Shown: positions 41,079 to 55,611, numbered from the stretch's first letter. The stretch is DNA of 64,000 bases from Rhina ancylostomus (GCA_030265395.1 JARFYF010000050.1:20645446-20709445), one strand, 5' to 3'. Numbers and translations are program-made. The notes: generated by a model not told the origin, from the letters alone.

Positions 41079-41150
41079 CAAAACATGGTTACACAAAGTG
41101 TCATCGGACCTAGAACCTACACGGAGGTGAGGTCAGGGGTTAACTCAACC
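41079..41150 (-). CDS. MXRA7: MXRA7 72-nt stop-containing cassette exon ((R)VELTPDLTSV*; coding part 41117-41150)
   Basis: ttcctgacctttcattacag|G GTT GAG TTA ACC CCT GAC CTC ACC TCC GTG TAG ... ttttg|GTAAGG. Phase 2 like the other terminal exons. Resembles the mammalian isoform tail IELTSDLTSL (recalled). Confidence 0.8.
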
Positions 41151-44100
41151 CTGTAATGAAAGGTCAGGAATAAAGATTGGCAAAGCTCAAAAGGAAAAGC
41201 AGCACAGCAATGTTAAATATAAATAAACTAATATTGGCTCTGACATTCAAACGAAAATGCAGACACAATAATGTAGTACACAAAATCAAATGAACAGCAC
41301 TGGAATTTTGCATTACAAAACCATTTGGAGTTTTTACTCTATCTAGAAATGCTTGCTTTAGTCAGTGTGTGGCACCAGCAGGTAAAAGTTACTTTCCACT
41401 AACTGATTTTAGGAAGAGGTTGATATCTTCAAAGGGAAGCATTAATATTTTTCTTGATATCACCAACATTACTTTCTAGACAAAAAAGCAAATCAAAAGC
41501 AACAGTCATGATTTAAGTCAGTTCACCAATTGTGTAATCAAGAACAGCTCAAAATGTCTCAGTGGCACAAAGTTACAATGATTCCAAACTGCCAGAGATG
41601 GTGGTGGTTGGCAGGTGTTTTTGTTTACATTTTAAGAACCTGAATAACCTCAAAGTCAAACTGGTACCTCTCGTCCTTAATTCTTGCTTGTTTTGCAATT
41701 CTAGTTAACACTCAAGCACCCTTCATGTCTTTGGGACAGTACCATGTGACTAATAGCCAAATTACTTCCAACTTGGACAAATACCAGTAGCCAATTTGGC
41801 AATAAAGCCACAGATGGTTGATTGCAGCATAAATAATCAGTTAACCAGTCAAGTACTTTTAACCATGGGATGGTTGTCTAACTTAGTGAACACAAATCAT
41901 GGTAGAGGATAAATTGTGTTTGAGTGCTGCACTTCCATTGAAATGGCTGCACTCAGTCTAGTTTGTATAATAAATGGCAAGTGAGGCCTGGTGCCATGAT
42001 TACAAGATCAACAAGCTGGGACAGAAAGACTGGAATAGGAAGTGCTGCAATTTTAGGCTGTCACAATACAGGCCATCATTAGCAGATTGAAGTCACTGGA
42101 CAGATTTTATTCAAAAAAGTTCTGTAGCTTTCCTTAATTGAAAGAAATTCTCTTCCTGGCTTAAAGTCCCCCTAACCTCCAGCTTCTCCATTGAAGATCA
42201 AGTATTGTTGGGTACCCTGAATTTAAGGCCAGTCACCAACTCATNNNNNNNNNNGTAGAACCTGGCCACGTTTAAAATTGAAGCCTGGGCCACACTATTA
42301 CTGCAGTGATTAAAAATTATGACCTCTCATTAAAGGACTTGTTTAATAGCATCTATTGGTGTCTTAGATCATGTACCTTCAGTCTAGTTGGTATACACAC
42401 AATGTGCATACCAAATACATTGACAGTTCAATATTTTAATAGTTCATTTCTTGCAAAAGTGTACACGTTTGATCATGCCATTCTGAAATGTCTGAACTAA
42501 AGGGCTCTAGCTTAAATTACTGTTAGGAATTCTAATGTCTCATATTGGAGTTGCTTGATGATGAGTTCTAATTGCAGTGGCACTCATTAAAACACATCTA
42601 AATTACATGAGTAATTTGATTCTAGTTTACTTCAATGCTACAGTAAGAAAACCATTAAAATACTTGCCCTTTGAGAAATGCAAGTCAACATGTATATGCT
42701 TCCCTTGTTGTAATTTGAGCCACCCAAATTATGCAAGACTTCCTACAGATCTTATAAACAATGCATCCCTGGAGTAAACTTGGTTTATCCAAGTCCTCAA
42801 ACTTGACCTTGCTTAACCTTCAAAGCCAAGGACTTATTCAACCCCAAGTTGTTTAAACTAATCCTGCACAGAAATCCCTGCTGTTTGAACAAAATTTGTC
42901 ATACTACCAGAAAAGTGTCCACCACAATCTTTCAAGACAGCAAAACAATTCCGTCTATTGGCATCAGAACAAACTGATGCAGGAAATCAGGTTACACCCA
43001 ACTCAAATACAACTTCATATCAAATGATACCACTAGTTTCTAATTGACAGATTAAGCTTCACTTCATTTAGAACTGCTCAGATTGCAGATTATGGGTGGT
43101 ACAAAGACAAATTTATGTCAAGCAATAACACCAAAAGCCATTTGGCAACCAAATATTTAATTTTGGTCCAATAATTCCAGATTTACACTCAAGTTTCCTT
43201 CAAAGGAAATAAAGGGTTTTAAAGAAACCAACTGTCCAACTTGCTGATTAGTTTTCATTGAGCTCAAACTTCACAAAATACTAAGGATAGTCAAGCACAC
43301 CAAGGAGTCATAAATAAATGATTTGAGAGAATTTACATATTGAGTTGATAGCTCTAAATCAATGTTATTTGGGGGCAAGTCTAACCAGATTCGTGGCTTT
43401 TTAAACCACCTGTTCCTCACAGCAAGTAATACACATTCTCTGGAAAACCAAGTACAAACAATTCTTTCCAGTTCAAGAAAAATGCTGCCTAGATTAAAAG
43501 TGGGGCATCTGGAATTGAAACAGCATGCAGTCTTTTGGACCCTCAAACTCTAGCTGTTTGACAGCTACCTTCGATATTTGGATAAATGTCATCCCAACCC
43601 TTTAAGGTGATCCATTTCTGAATGGGATAATGTCTTGTGCAATTATACTGCTGGAATTGCTGAATCTTATTTCCTGTTTCTTTTTCTTAAACTGTCAGAT
43701 AACTGTTTCAAGTCTATGCAGAAGCAATAGAAAAGAAAATACTGGAAATTGAGCTGTTCTGAGTCTGACTTGAAATGTTAACCATTCTTTCCACAGATAC
43801 AACCAGACCTGCAGCAACTTTCTATGTTGTTTTTGATTTCCAGCAGCATTTTTATTTTTGAAAAACAGATTATCCTTTGTTTGCCCACAAGTGAGGTGGC
43901 TAAAATAGCAGCAACATTGCTCAATTTGGTTTTAACACTGGAAATTGTATATTTAGGATATTCATTATCCATTTAGTTTAAAATAGTTTAAGATATCACC
44001 AAGAAGCAAGATCTTGAATTTGAAAAATTAAGCCTGATGTCAATACCCATTATTGCTTTTCCTCCAATCATTTAAGGTTAGTTCCCATTTCAAGTACTGA

Positions 44101-47100
44101 AACTTTAAAAGATCCTGGTTTAAGCTTGTGCCAGTCATTGCTCTGACAAATCAGCACAAAAACTATCAAAATCAATGGATAGTGNNNNNNNNNNAAAGCT
44201 TGTGTGAAGACATTTGTTACATCTCTTTATAAAAATGATTCCCATAATTTCTTGGTGATTCTACTGGGTTCTGTAGAATTAGTCACCAACCAAGTTGAAG
44301 TTTATAGTCCCAGTTTCTGTTCTTTGAAGGGCATCTCCATTTACATTTAATAACTGGGGATTTGCATTCACACCCAAGTATGTGCTCCCATTAATGGAAA
44401 ACTTGAGACAAGGAATAGTGAATGGTTTTTATTCATGAATCCAAGCACATTATGACAATTCTCAGATCCAAAATGGAGCCATCTGCTCATAGGACAAACC
44501 ATGAACACCTGTTCATGGACCACCGGCAAAGTTGTTAACATTCATACCTAATTGCCTCCAGAACTGAGGTCAGCCAACAGCAATGCTGTTGGTTTCAAGT
44601 CACATTGGCTTGACCAGACAAGGAAAATAAGCTCATCTTGAAAGCATTACAATCTGGTGCTCATGGTTTGCTACTGTTTCATATCATGATTTCAGTACTC
44701 AAGTTCCTCTTTGCTCTGTTTGGTTGAGCTATACAACTTGAATGCAGTGTTACAGCAGCACTGCTCTGATACAAAACTTAGGTGGCAAAAATGATAATAC
44801 AGTGCTAGTAAAGTCAAAAATAAAACCATGCCAATTTTCACTAAGCATCCTAAAAACAATAAAGGTAAGCAGTGGGTTTAAATGACAAAGAATGGATGAC
44901 TTGTACACATGGGATTATACTTCTAACTCATTTTCCCAAAAGCAAGTAGTAATGAGGGAATTGTTATGAAACAGCAGATTGCCAACTAATGCAGGGCACA
45001 TTTAAGAACAGCTAACCAAGCACACTGAAGGACTACAGGTCAATTCCCAATTTGAGTCAAGAATAAACTTCAAATACTTTGATATTTCATCATACCATTA
45101 TGGATTGGGGGTGTGAGGGGCAACTCTTACCAGTGGTAGCTTCATTCCAATTTTTGTGAATAACCGAATTGCACTGCAAAACTTGAAAGTATCAGGACAT
45201 TATTGGGCTTTGAATATGCATTTGCAGGACTGGAATAGCAGTCAATACTCCAAAAGTTGAACCAAGTTACACATTTTGCATATGAAATATCTGTTGTAAC
45301 TTAAAGGTTATAGAATCACCATAAATTTAGAAAGGCATTGAATACTTGCTGCAAATGAGATTACACAATTCCTTTTCCTGCTCTGCCCAATGTAGAAAAC
45401 AAATTGAAGTTTATTCAGTATCTTTACCCTGCACTCAACAGGATCAAAATCTTTTCCACATGTCTAATTCCTTTAATATTTGGTCAATCTATTCAAAAAC
45501 AGCATTTCCATAACTTGTCACGTTCACTGAAATGCTCCATGAACTGCAGAGCCAACTCAAATGCCTTAGATTCTAAAACATGAAAGTAAAATGCCTTTTC
45601 TCCAACTTCTATCCTGCATCAAATTGTGTCCCTCAGCTTCCTACATATTGTCAACCATCAAGCATCTTGTAGGCAAGATGCAAATAGATACTAATTACTA
45701 CATGGTTTAGGTCAGTTTTTACTTTGGAATACAAATAATTCAAAAATGCAAAGTATATTAAATCTATTTCAGGTACTTAAAGCTGTTCATTTCCACAAGT
45801 TGTTTCAAAGTGAAATCAATTTCAGCGTAAACACCATTTGTGTAATGCAAAAGATACACACTTAAGCATTTTTTACATCTTCACTTACTACTCTTATCCA
45901 CACCATTCAGGAAGGTGGAAAAAACAAGGTAGACAATCTAGCTTTTTTCATTTCTCATTGCTGTTTAGCTCTTGCCATGCAAAGTTGCCCAACTGCTCCT
46001 GCAGCTTTAACATGACTTTGTGCACATCTGTTGTCCCCAGAAACTTATCTGGAGTGGAGACAATTGTGTATGGCTTCCACAATGCAAAGTCACTTATTTC
46101 AGATATTCCTTTCTGGACTGTAGACTAGTCAAAATTTTACAAGTTCAGTGTTTTAAACTTGNNNNNNNNNNNNNNNNNNNNNNNNNNNNNNNNNNNNNNN
46201 NNNNNNNNNNNNNNNNNNNNNNNNNNNNNNNNNNNNNNNNNNNNNNNNNNNNNNNNNNNNNNNNNNNNNNNNNNNNNNNNNNNNNNNNNNNNNNNNNNNN
46301 NNNNNNNNNNNNNNNNNNNNNNNNNNNNNNNNNNNNNNNNNNNNNNNNNNNNNNNNNNNNNNNNNNNNNNNNNNNNNNNNNNNNNNNNNNNNNNNNNNNN
46401 NNNNNNNNNNNNNNNNNNNNNNNNNNNNNNNNNNNNNNNNNNNNNNNNNNNNNNNNNNNNNNNNNNNNNNNNNNNNNNNNNNNNNNNNNNNNNNNNNNNN
46501 NNNNNNNNNNNNNNNNNNNNNNNNNNNNNNNNNNNNNNNNNNNNNNNNNNNNNNNNNNNNNNNNNNNNNNNNNNNNNNNTCTTTCCCGCCCCCCCCCCCC
46601 CAACCGAAAGTAACCAATGATCTACTTTGAAATGGAAGTGAGCAACACTCCAGTCAGGGAATTCTATTATGTAGTAAATATTTCCAGCATGTAACATTCC
46701 ACGAAAAGCAGACTTGCTCCTTTAAGAGCAATGAGGTCTTGCTCGAATCTGCTTGGAAAAAATTTCCCACGATTGCTGAAATCAAACCACAGCAAATCAT
46801 ACAAAAAACTATTAGTATGCTACTTTGCATTTCATTTTGGGAGAAGGACAAGGCACACGTGGTCAGTTTCAAAACAAAACTGATTTTAACTTTGGTTCAA
46901 GAATGTACAAGGGCTTTTTCAGCTGTCTGACTAAATGTCATTGTTACAAAAATTCCAGATTCTGCAATTTCTATTTTTTCCTACCTTCATATTTATAATT
47001 TGGCATATGAAATCCGATGGCCAGTATAAACATTTACATATCAAGCAGTTTTCCAAAACCATCAAAATCTTACTTCCCTTCCTCTTACCCACAAGCTTCA

Positions 47101-47574
47101 TTTTTAGTTCTTAAACTACTTGTTAATCTAATTTTTTGGTCATCCTTTTAAACCCAAAATGGAGGCTCAGAGCCAGCAACCAGCAGTGGGGAATAAACAT
47201 CTCTACAAATTCAGTATTACTTTTAATAGCACACGAAGCTGCTGGGATGGAGGACCAGTTTGCACTGTTTAAGAAACCAATTTAAGTCGGAAGTTAACTG
47301 CAGAACACTAATAGGAAGGGCCCTTGTTATTGTAAAGCTCAACAGCAAAGGTCAAGACACTCCCAAGTTTGTAAACTAAATTTAGATCTTGACTGAATCT
47401 GTAATCAAAGTGCTATACAGCTTAAAAATTGATGAAAAATCATGGATTGCTCAATCCAGAAAGTAATTTGGCAAGGTATGAAAGAGGTCAGTAAATAGTT
47501 TGCTGCACCATTGTTGTGTCCAAAGCCACCACATGCAAATTGTCAGTTTCCCTCTTTTCCCATTCTCCTAAAGA

Positions 47575-48500
47575 TCTGAGGCATGGCTGACAAGGCCAGC
47601 ATTTACCACCTCTCTGCCTTCAGAAGGATTGCCATTGCTGAAGGTGAAGTTTGGTGACAATGCATCCAATGTTGATAGAAATAGAAGTGTAAATGGAGCA
47701 ACATCAAGTAGTCACTGTGATTTAACTCTGGTCCAGCTTGTAACCAAGGCTGTGATAAGCTCCAAGCAGTCTTGACTAAACCCAAAATGGGCATCAAATA
47801 GCAGATTAACCAAGTACTATGCAATGGCATTGCAAGTTACTTCTGACACTTAATAGAATGGAAGCTTAGGGAGCAAATTGTACTGGCGTACATTCTGCTG
47901 CTATTATGCAGAATGAATAGCCAATTGAGCTGCCAAGTCCAGTGCAAGCAGAAGTATTATAGTACCACACAACAGCAATTTGTGTGAAGGATGGTGATCC
48001 AAAGAAGTTCTGCAGTGATCACTATCAATGCTATCAAGGACAGATGCATCTGCTACAGGAACACAAAGCAGTCACTGTTTATCCTCAGTCACCCTCTACC
48101 TGAGAGAAACCCAAGTCTGGATGCCACATCCATTGGACTCAGTTTAATGATGCTGTCAAGCTAATCTTGATGGATAGTCTCCCACATTGTCCCCTAGGTG
48201 CCAATCTGCTCCCAAGTGTGACATCAGCAGCTGAGGGAGGATCATGTTTCCTTGCCCATGTTCCACTTGATGCCAATAGACAATTGGTTGAACATTAATG
48301 ACATTTGAAGGCTGATCCCCATCTACCATTATCACCATCTTGCTCTTGGATAGAATACTGTATACCCGGAGACCAATGGATGATTAGCAGTGTTTGCCAC
48401 AACTGAGTACAACTGCCAGGCCTTTGACTGACTGGTTTCAGAGAACTCTCCCAGTTTAAGACAATGCTTCAGATACTTGGGACAAAGTTAACTGCCACAT
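47575..48500 (-). mobile_element. Eroded LINE fragment; a related copy lies at about 23930-25000
   Basis: ggcatggctgacaaggccagcattta 3'-end-type motif and endonuclease-like remnants; family not resolved. Confidence 0.35.
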
Positions 48501-51500
48501 CAAAATTTGCTTAGCTTGATGTAGGGTAATCCTCCAATTTCATTGTTTCTATGTGGCAGTTAAACCAATTTCAGATAGCCAGAATCAACCACAATTTTGC
48601 TTAATGGATCGATTCAGTTGAACAGGCAAATTTATGACTAATAGAGCATTAGAAAAATATTCTGTTAACATCTAAATTTTATTGAAATATTTGATTTTAA
48701 AATATAATACTGCAATTGATGCTGGTATTCAGTTGGACTCCACGCCAAGATCAAAATCAGCCACAGCTACAAAATTGCAGCAAGGTACTCAAATATTTCT
48801 TGTCAACTTAAGGCTCAAGTTGCCACCTGTTGGAAGGTTTATTGAAACTGCAGCAGAAGCCTAAAAGGTCTATGTTGCCCAACGTAGAATCATGGATAAC
48901 CAAGTTCATGTTGCTTTGTGGGATAACTATCTTTGCTGCCTTCTGTCAAGCTCCAAATTAAACAGATCACATGCACAAGGATGGTTAATCTAAATTTATA
49001 CATGGTCCACAAATTTAGCATAGGATTGTGCACTTGTTTGCAAATAGTCAACATCAGTTCTCAATACTTTGCATTCAGTTTGTTTAAAATGCTGATGCCA
49101 TGTTCACACATAGGATTGAGGAGGAAGCAATAATCTTTCAAAGAGATTTGCTGCAGTAGTCAAAATCTGGAACAAGGAAACAAGATATAAATGTTCCTAT
49201 TCTGAAATTGTTTTAGTCATTGGACTGGTATTTGATCATGAGTCCAAAATAGAATAAAGCCCTGTACATCTTGCAGGATGTGGCAGACAACCAGGTCAAG
49301 AGATTTGTGGGACTCAAAGCAAATTTGACTGCCTAGGGAAAAGGAGCATTGACGATCAGGGTTTGGATCAACATCCCACATTTTGCCAACAGCATGGTCT
49401 AAAATTAAACTCCAAGATCAAACCTGTTAGAATTCCTTGCAAACATCAGCATCCTTTGCATCAAGTTGCAAGCATCCCATTCAAGGCCCAGGAAAAACTT
49501 AGAAGTGCTGAATCATATTCCAGCATCTAGCACTCTTGGGTCAGATAGAAATTGTCTTCTCCATCTTTATCCTTTAACCAGCAAGTGAAAGACACTGGCT
49601 CTGGCATGCAGGGGGAGTTCTCTATTTTTAACCAAAGTACTGGTATTCAAAATCAAGTAATCAATAGTGATTACCCAGCTTTACTCTCATCTCCATTGGC
49701 ACTGTCACTTGGTCACCCCACACAAACTTCATTTACAGGACTGGGCATGAGAACAATTGCTGCACATCCTAAATTGTTCAAGTTATGTGGGCTAGTTGAA
49801 ATCTCCATGCAGTGGTACTGCAAAGACAGTTATTGGAAATTTTCCAGTTGCAAATAAGGACTATTTGTTCAATGCTGAGATCAAAGGCAATGAGGAACTA
49901 ATTGACATGTATGGCAAAGATAACCACTGCAATAGTGACATTTTGGTTGATAGGCTCAAGGGCTGGGGATCATGGAGCAAGCAGTAAATTGTTCTACAAT
50001 TATGTAGACACTGAATCTCCTCTAATTTGCATGTTAAATCAAAAGCACTTACAGGAAGAATTTGCTGATGCTCTGATCAAAACTGACCTGAAAAGAAGTT
50101 TCTACTTGAAGTTTAAAAGGACTAGGCTAGTGTTATTTATCAGTAATATTCAGATACAGTCAAGAATCTGATGAATGCAATGTGAAATAATGGTCAAATA
50201 CATCATTTAATAGACAATCCCTGAAAGTCATAATTGAAAATTCAGACAAGATGGCTGGTGTGGCACATCAGAAATAAATTTGCATTATTGATAGAGAACA
50301 GAGGTTAGCACAAATGCATAGTATAGATGCTGAAATGCATCGTTAAGTCTAATTGTTGCATTATAAGAGTTGAATTAAGTGTTTTTATTTAAATTACAAG
50401 AACATGCCCACTGTAGCTGCTAAGTTTAAACAGAATTGCACTTTGTTGAATAGAATTACACTCCTTAAGACAGGGAATTTTTTATTTCTCCTCAATCCAA
50501 TTTGAACACAGGAATTCCTATTGCTCCAACATTTGAAGGACGAAGGTGGTTTCTGGAAGCAGGAAAGGTGGAAATATTCTGACAAATTCAACCTTCCAAA
50601 ACTGAGTTTACAATGAACTAAAAGCATTAAACTGCTACTACCTAGGAATTCAAAGTCAACTAGGAATAAAAACATTGGAGAGAAATCTATGTTACCATCC
50701 CTGTAAGACTTCTGGACAAATAGCTGCATCCTCCCTTCAACTAAAATTTGTGGGAAAACATAGACCTAAACTAGTGCAGTGTGCACTTAGTGACATCTTG
50801 CCCAAATCTTCCAACTGGCACATCAATATTACTGTTCAATTCACATCAACAGAAGGAACAAAAAAAAAGCAGTTATTTAGTTTTGCTTAAACATGGCAGA
50901 AGTTTGGCTCAAATGTCATTTTCTAAAATTATTCCACCAGTAGTGGCACAGCTGCCTCAGCTCCAGCAACACAGGTGTCATTCTGATGTCATGATATTCC
51001 TGTCAAGTATGCATGTTCTTCCTGTGATAGTTTCCTCCAAGTGCTAGGGTTTCTTCCTACATCCCAAAATATACTGCAAGTAGGTTGTGGCTACTGTGAA
51101 CTACACCTAGTGCAATTGCTTTGAGAGCCAGCTGAATGGCCTTCTGCAAAATACAGACATTACAGTTAGATTGACAAAATTGTAAGAAACTTAAATGTGA
51201 TTTTTGTAATAGATATCCTTTCTACAAAGCTCAATCTTTATAAAATGTTTTGGCATCAGCTGCAGTCTTTCCAAAAATGAGGGTTTACTAAGGAACAGGA
51301 TTTACTTGGAGATAAAGTAAATTGGAACTTTTCCCAAGCAAAATGGGTTAGAGATCTATTAGGAAGCATTCAAAATAGAGGATCTTCATAAAGAAATTTG
51401 AGTAATTGCTTCTTCCACTAAGTGGGTCATTTAGATCTCATTTCAGTAGTTTTGAAACACTACCCAAAATAGTGTAACATGTTCCTTCGCAAGAATTCCT

Positions 51501-53514
51501 TCGAAAGGACTGGGTTTGTTAGGGTTTTAGGAAGCAGGGAGGTGCAGAAGTAGCAGGGCAAGGAACTGGAGAGTTAAAAGGACCAAATCCACAAGTCAAT
51601 ATTCCATGATGGGCACCATGCACATCCACAGGTCTCAGGCAAGTCTTCCTGGAATCCTTTACGGTAAAAAGGAAAATATTTTTTGAAGCATAATGTAGTA
51701 AACCTGGCTATTTTAGTAGATTACTGTAGAATTGGCCGGAAAGACTCATCTTGGAAGAAAGGATAGACTAGTTTTGGATGCATTAAGTAGAATTTGACTT
51801 GGAAACTTATCACTTGGGGAAAAGTTAACATTCAAGAATTGTTACTTTCCAAAACTAATGCTTGGATTTGTATTCACCTACAGAATCTGTGTGTACTTTT
51901 TGCATCCATTAAACTACAAAACTCAAACTTTCAGTCCACTGGGGACAATGTTAGATTTCAACTTGCATTTCACATTTGGTTGGATGAGACTTCAAGTACC
52001 AAAACAATAAATCCTTTACATCAATGCAAGATCATATTCTTGAAGTCTTCAACATTAGACATCAAATATGGCAATCTGAAGATATTATATCACCTTATTA
52101 TTTTAAGTGGGAAGAGGTGGAGTACTATGGGGATTTGATTGCAAAGGATGCAGTCAGGCATTCCTATGGCTGTAAATGAGCCTCTGGAATTGTACACAGT
52201 CTCCCTGGAAGCAGGATTAGGGCCATCTTAACAGTTGTAGGACACCGAGGATAAACAGCCAGAAACTGTAGCCCACATCGATACTAATGACATGAGTTAA
52301 AAGGGCTGATGTCATGCAACTTGAAGACAGGACTCAAGAGTGGGAGTAGCCACTTGCAGGTGACTACTATAACAAGTGTTGAAGGCCAGCATGTTTCAGG
52401 GTGAAAGGCAAGTCCAGGAAAAAATGCTGGATAAAAACCCCGGAGGATGAGCATGAAAACAGGCAAGGCCATTCAGGAGTACAAAATGAGCAGGGGGATA
52501 TTTAGCAGGACCATGAAATATCACTGGCAGACAAAATTAAGCAAAATCCCAAGGCACTTAAATACAAGAGTAAAATAGTGCCTAGGTTTTAAAAGCCACT
52601 GGGGGCCAACAGGTCACTATTCAGAGGGAGAAGTTACAAGTGAGGTCTTAAATGAAGTGTTATAGCAGATTTGAGGGGGTGATGTGTATATTCAAGCATG
52701 TCAAAAAAGGTATCATACAACTTCTGGCTTCAAAGTAGTTTAGAGTCAGATACCTAGAGGTGGCCTTTCCACCCACTGAGACAAGTACCCACTTTTGCAG
52801 CAATACTACTGCAAGTCATTCTCCACATTCTAGAACTACACGGGAGAAAGTTGTGGCCAATTAACCTACCAATGCAGTTTTAGTGATGTGCAAGGAAATC
52901 CATCCAGTCACTGAACATGCAAACTCCAGAGAATACAAGCAAACTCTACAGACATCAGAAATCAAGATTGAACATGGGCCATGGGAGCTGAAATAGCTCT
53001 ACTGGACATGTCACTGTCTCAAATATCCCAGGCTATTATCAGAGACAGCAGCACAGATTGCTGGGGCCCTGACAGATTTTTTTCATCTTTGGTAGCAACA
53101 GGCAAGGTACTAGATGACTGGAGGATTGCAACTATGGCATCTTTCAAGAGCAGCAGAGAATAAGCCAGCAAGTTGAAGGTAGGCAAGTTTGAAAAAAAGA
53201 GACAGGATTTAACACTTGGAGGGAGGGAATGATCAACAAAGCCAGGTTGGCTATTTGGAGAAGGATTTTATCTAATTTAAAGCTTAGAGGAATGACAAAA
53301 TATTTGAGGCCAGAGTATTTGATGTAGTCTACCTGGACTTCAAGGTCTCACATGGAAGGCTGTTATTACATTCTGCAGGTGCTGGGGCCTTGCTGTTTGT
53401 CATACAATTAATGACTTGCATACAAATGTGATAAGTTTGTAAATAACAAACATGGCACTGATTAGAGAAAGCCTTAGATTTCAGAATATTGAAAAGCTGG
53501 CCCATCCCCAACAA

Positions 53515-53586
53515 GTCTCCATATCAGGAGATTTAGCTACAACTTCCTTGATAATACATCCTCTCATCCCATCTCCAATAAGAATG
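53515..53586 (+). mobile_element. Penelope-like element RT fragment (left half, interrupted by the LTR element)
   Basis: Translates FLDNTSSHPISNKN, matching the Penelope RT thumb motif YLDYTSSHPxSCKNAIPFSQ. Confidence 0.65.
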
Positions 53587-53589
53587 GGA

Positions 53590-53828
53590 TAGTGACCCGT
53601 ACTCACGCGTGTCAAACTGCCATTGGCAGCCGCAGACAGACACGTGGTGCAATCGGCCCATGGGGCAGGCCTTCCAGCAGGGACCTCGCATCATTTCTGC
53701 CAAAAGGCCCTTGGGTATTTTTGCACATGCACCTTGTTTCAGTCAGTAAAGTGTGCTTCGATCCAGCCTCCACATCCGAGTTTTCCTTTGGAAACACGTT
53801 GCGTCAGCTACATTTGGTGACCCCGACG
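53590..53828 (+). repeat. Gypsy LTR copy A plus tRNA-Trp primer-binding site
   Basis: Aligns by eye with 55326-55566 and 59147-59371. Ends gctaCA at 53812, followed by ttTGGTGACCCCGACG, complementary to the tRNA-Trp 3' end. Runs into a 100-N gap at 53855. Confidence 0.85.
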
Positions 53829-54754
53829 CTTCCAGACAGCATCTGGGATCTGTGNNNNNNNNNNNNNNNNNNNNNNNNNNNNNNNNNNNNNNNNNNNNNN
53901 NNNNNNNNNNNNNNNNNNNNNNNNNNNNNNNNNNNNNNNNNNNNNNNNNNNNNNATGCTATTTATATTCTTCAGTACACTACGAGAAGAGTTAGTAAGGC
54001 AATATGTAATCCAATGACAACAGCAACCAGAAAAAGAAAGTGGAAACTCATTTCGCAGATTAAATGGAGAATAGAAATTTTCTGCAGGCATGCATGCCAA
54101 AAACAAAATTGCAAGTAATATCAAAATATCTTCAAAAACCTTAACTTATTTTATTGTGTAAAAATTTTAAAACTCTTACAGGAAATTGTTTTAGGATATG
54201 CTGAGAACTCTAACGTTCCTACGTTCTTGAAAATAAAACTTCAAACACTGAACATGTCAAAATAACAATTACAATTTTCTAACAATGCTGCAAGTTTAAG
54301 AATGCACATTCATCAATGTCTCTGCTGCTATAACATTATATCCATAAATTAGAAAACTGTGAAGCCAGATGCCCAATCACATCAGGCCACCCATTTCATT
54401 AGGGAACACTTATATAAAGCAAGAGATTATTAATGAACAGATTCCTACAATTTTCATATTTGGCCCATTTCTGTTTACAAGAGCAAACTGGTAACATTTA
54501 ATGTGCTTCAGTAAAAACTGATATTTATCACATTTATGCTGATCATGCCACAACAAAATAGTTCCTATAATGGAAGCAAAGAATGCACATTATTGTAATT
54601 TAACATGTCCATTCAAAATTTGGATCACAGCTGAACTAACTTCAGGCTGAAAGGCAGACAAAAAAGATTATGCAGACCATTAAGCCTACTGTAACCAGAC
54701 ATGCTACAATCAGGCACCCATATTCTTTATATAATACTGGCTATCTTGAGTCTC

Positions 54755-55300
54755 TCTTTCCAGTACTGATGAAGGGTCCTGACCCGCAAGGTCGGCTGTC
54801 CATTTTCCTCCACTGATGCTGCCCAACCTCCTGAGTTCCTCCAGCAGCTTTGTGTGTAGCTCTATACTTCCAGCATCTACAGTCTCTTGTATCTCCATTT
54901 TGATGCTCCACTGTGAAGTCTCTTCAAGGTATGCCTACCTTGAAGTTTTCTTCCTCTGTTTGACAGGAGTTCTGTGAGACCCCCGCTCACCGCTCTCCCT
55001 CTGCTGTTCTTCAGTTCTTCGACCATGTGCTCACCCAAACTTGCAAGATCTGCCCATCACTCACACATTCCTCCCACCGGTTCCACTCACCTCCTTCCCT
55101 TTATTCCATGGTCCAATGTCCTCTCAAATCAGATTCCACCTTCGTCAGCCCTTTGTTACTTCTACCCATCATTTCTCAGCTTCTCACTTCATTCCCACTC
55201 TCCTACCTCCTCCACTTGCCTTTCAGCCACCCACCCCCCCACCTCACCTGGATACACCTATTGCCTGCCAGCTCTTGGTCCAGCTCCACCCCTTCCCATT
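54755..55300 (+). mobile_element. Penelope-like pLTR/3' region with a degenerate hammerhead core
   Basis: cagtaCTGATGAAGGGTCctGACCCgcaa at 54761-54789, then gatgctgcccaacctcctgagttcctccagc and a C/T-rich tract. Confidence 0.6.
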
Positions 55301-55611
55301 TTGCAATTGTAATGATGGATGGTCTAGTAGCGACCTCTACTCATGCGTTTTGAACTGCCATCAGCGGCTGTGGATGGACGTGCGGGGGCGCAATGCGATT
55401 GGCCTACGGGGCGGGCCTTCCAGTGGGGACCTGACGTCACATCCGCCGAAAGGGCCCTGGGGTTTTTTTTGTGCGCATGCGCCTTTCGTTTCAATCAGTA
55501 AAGTGTGCTTCGATTCAGCCTCCATGCCTCAGTTTTCCTTTCGGAAACGTGCCGCATACAGCTACGTTTGGTGACCTTGAACGCTTCCAGACGGCATCTG
55601 GGATCCGCGAC

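Noticed and set aside
44690-44730. Minus-strand KEELE, resembling MXRA7 exon 3
   Set aside because: The flanks lack FKYSPGK and EQR and there are no suitable splice sites; likely chance
55304-55310. TG at 55308 as the LTR start, with a caat/ccat target-site duplication
   Set aside because: Similarity among the three LTRs begins only near 55326, and the flank evidence pairs LTR C with LTR A
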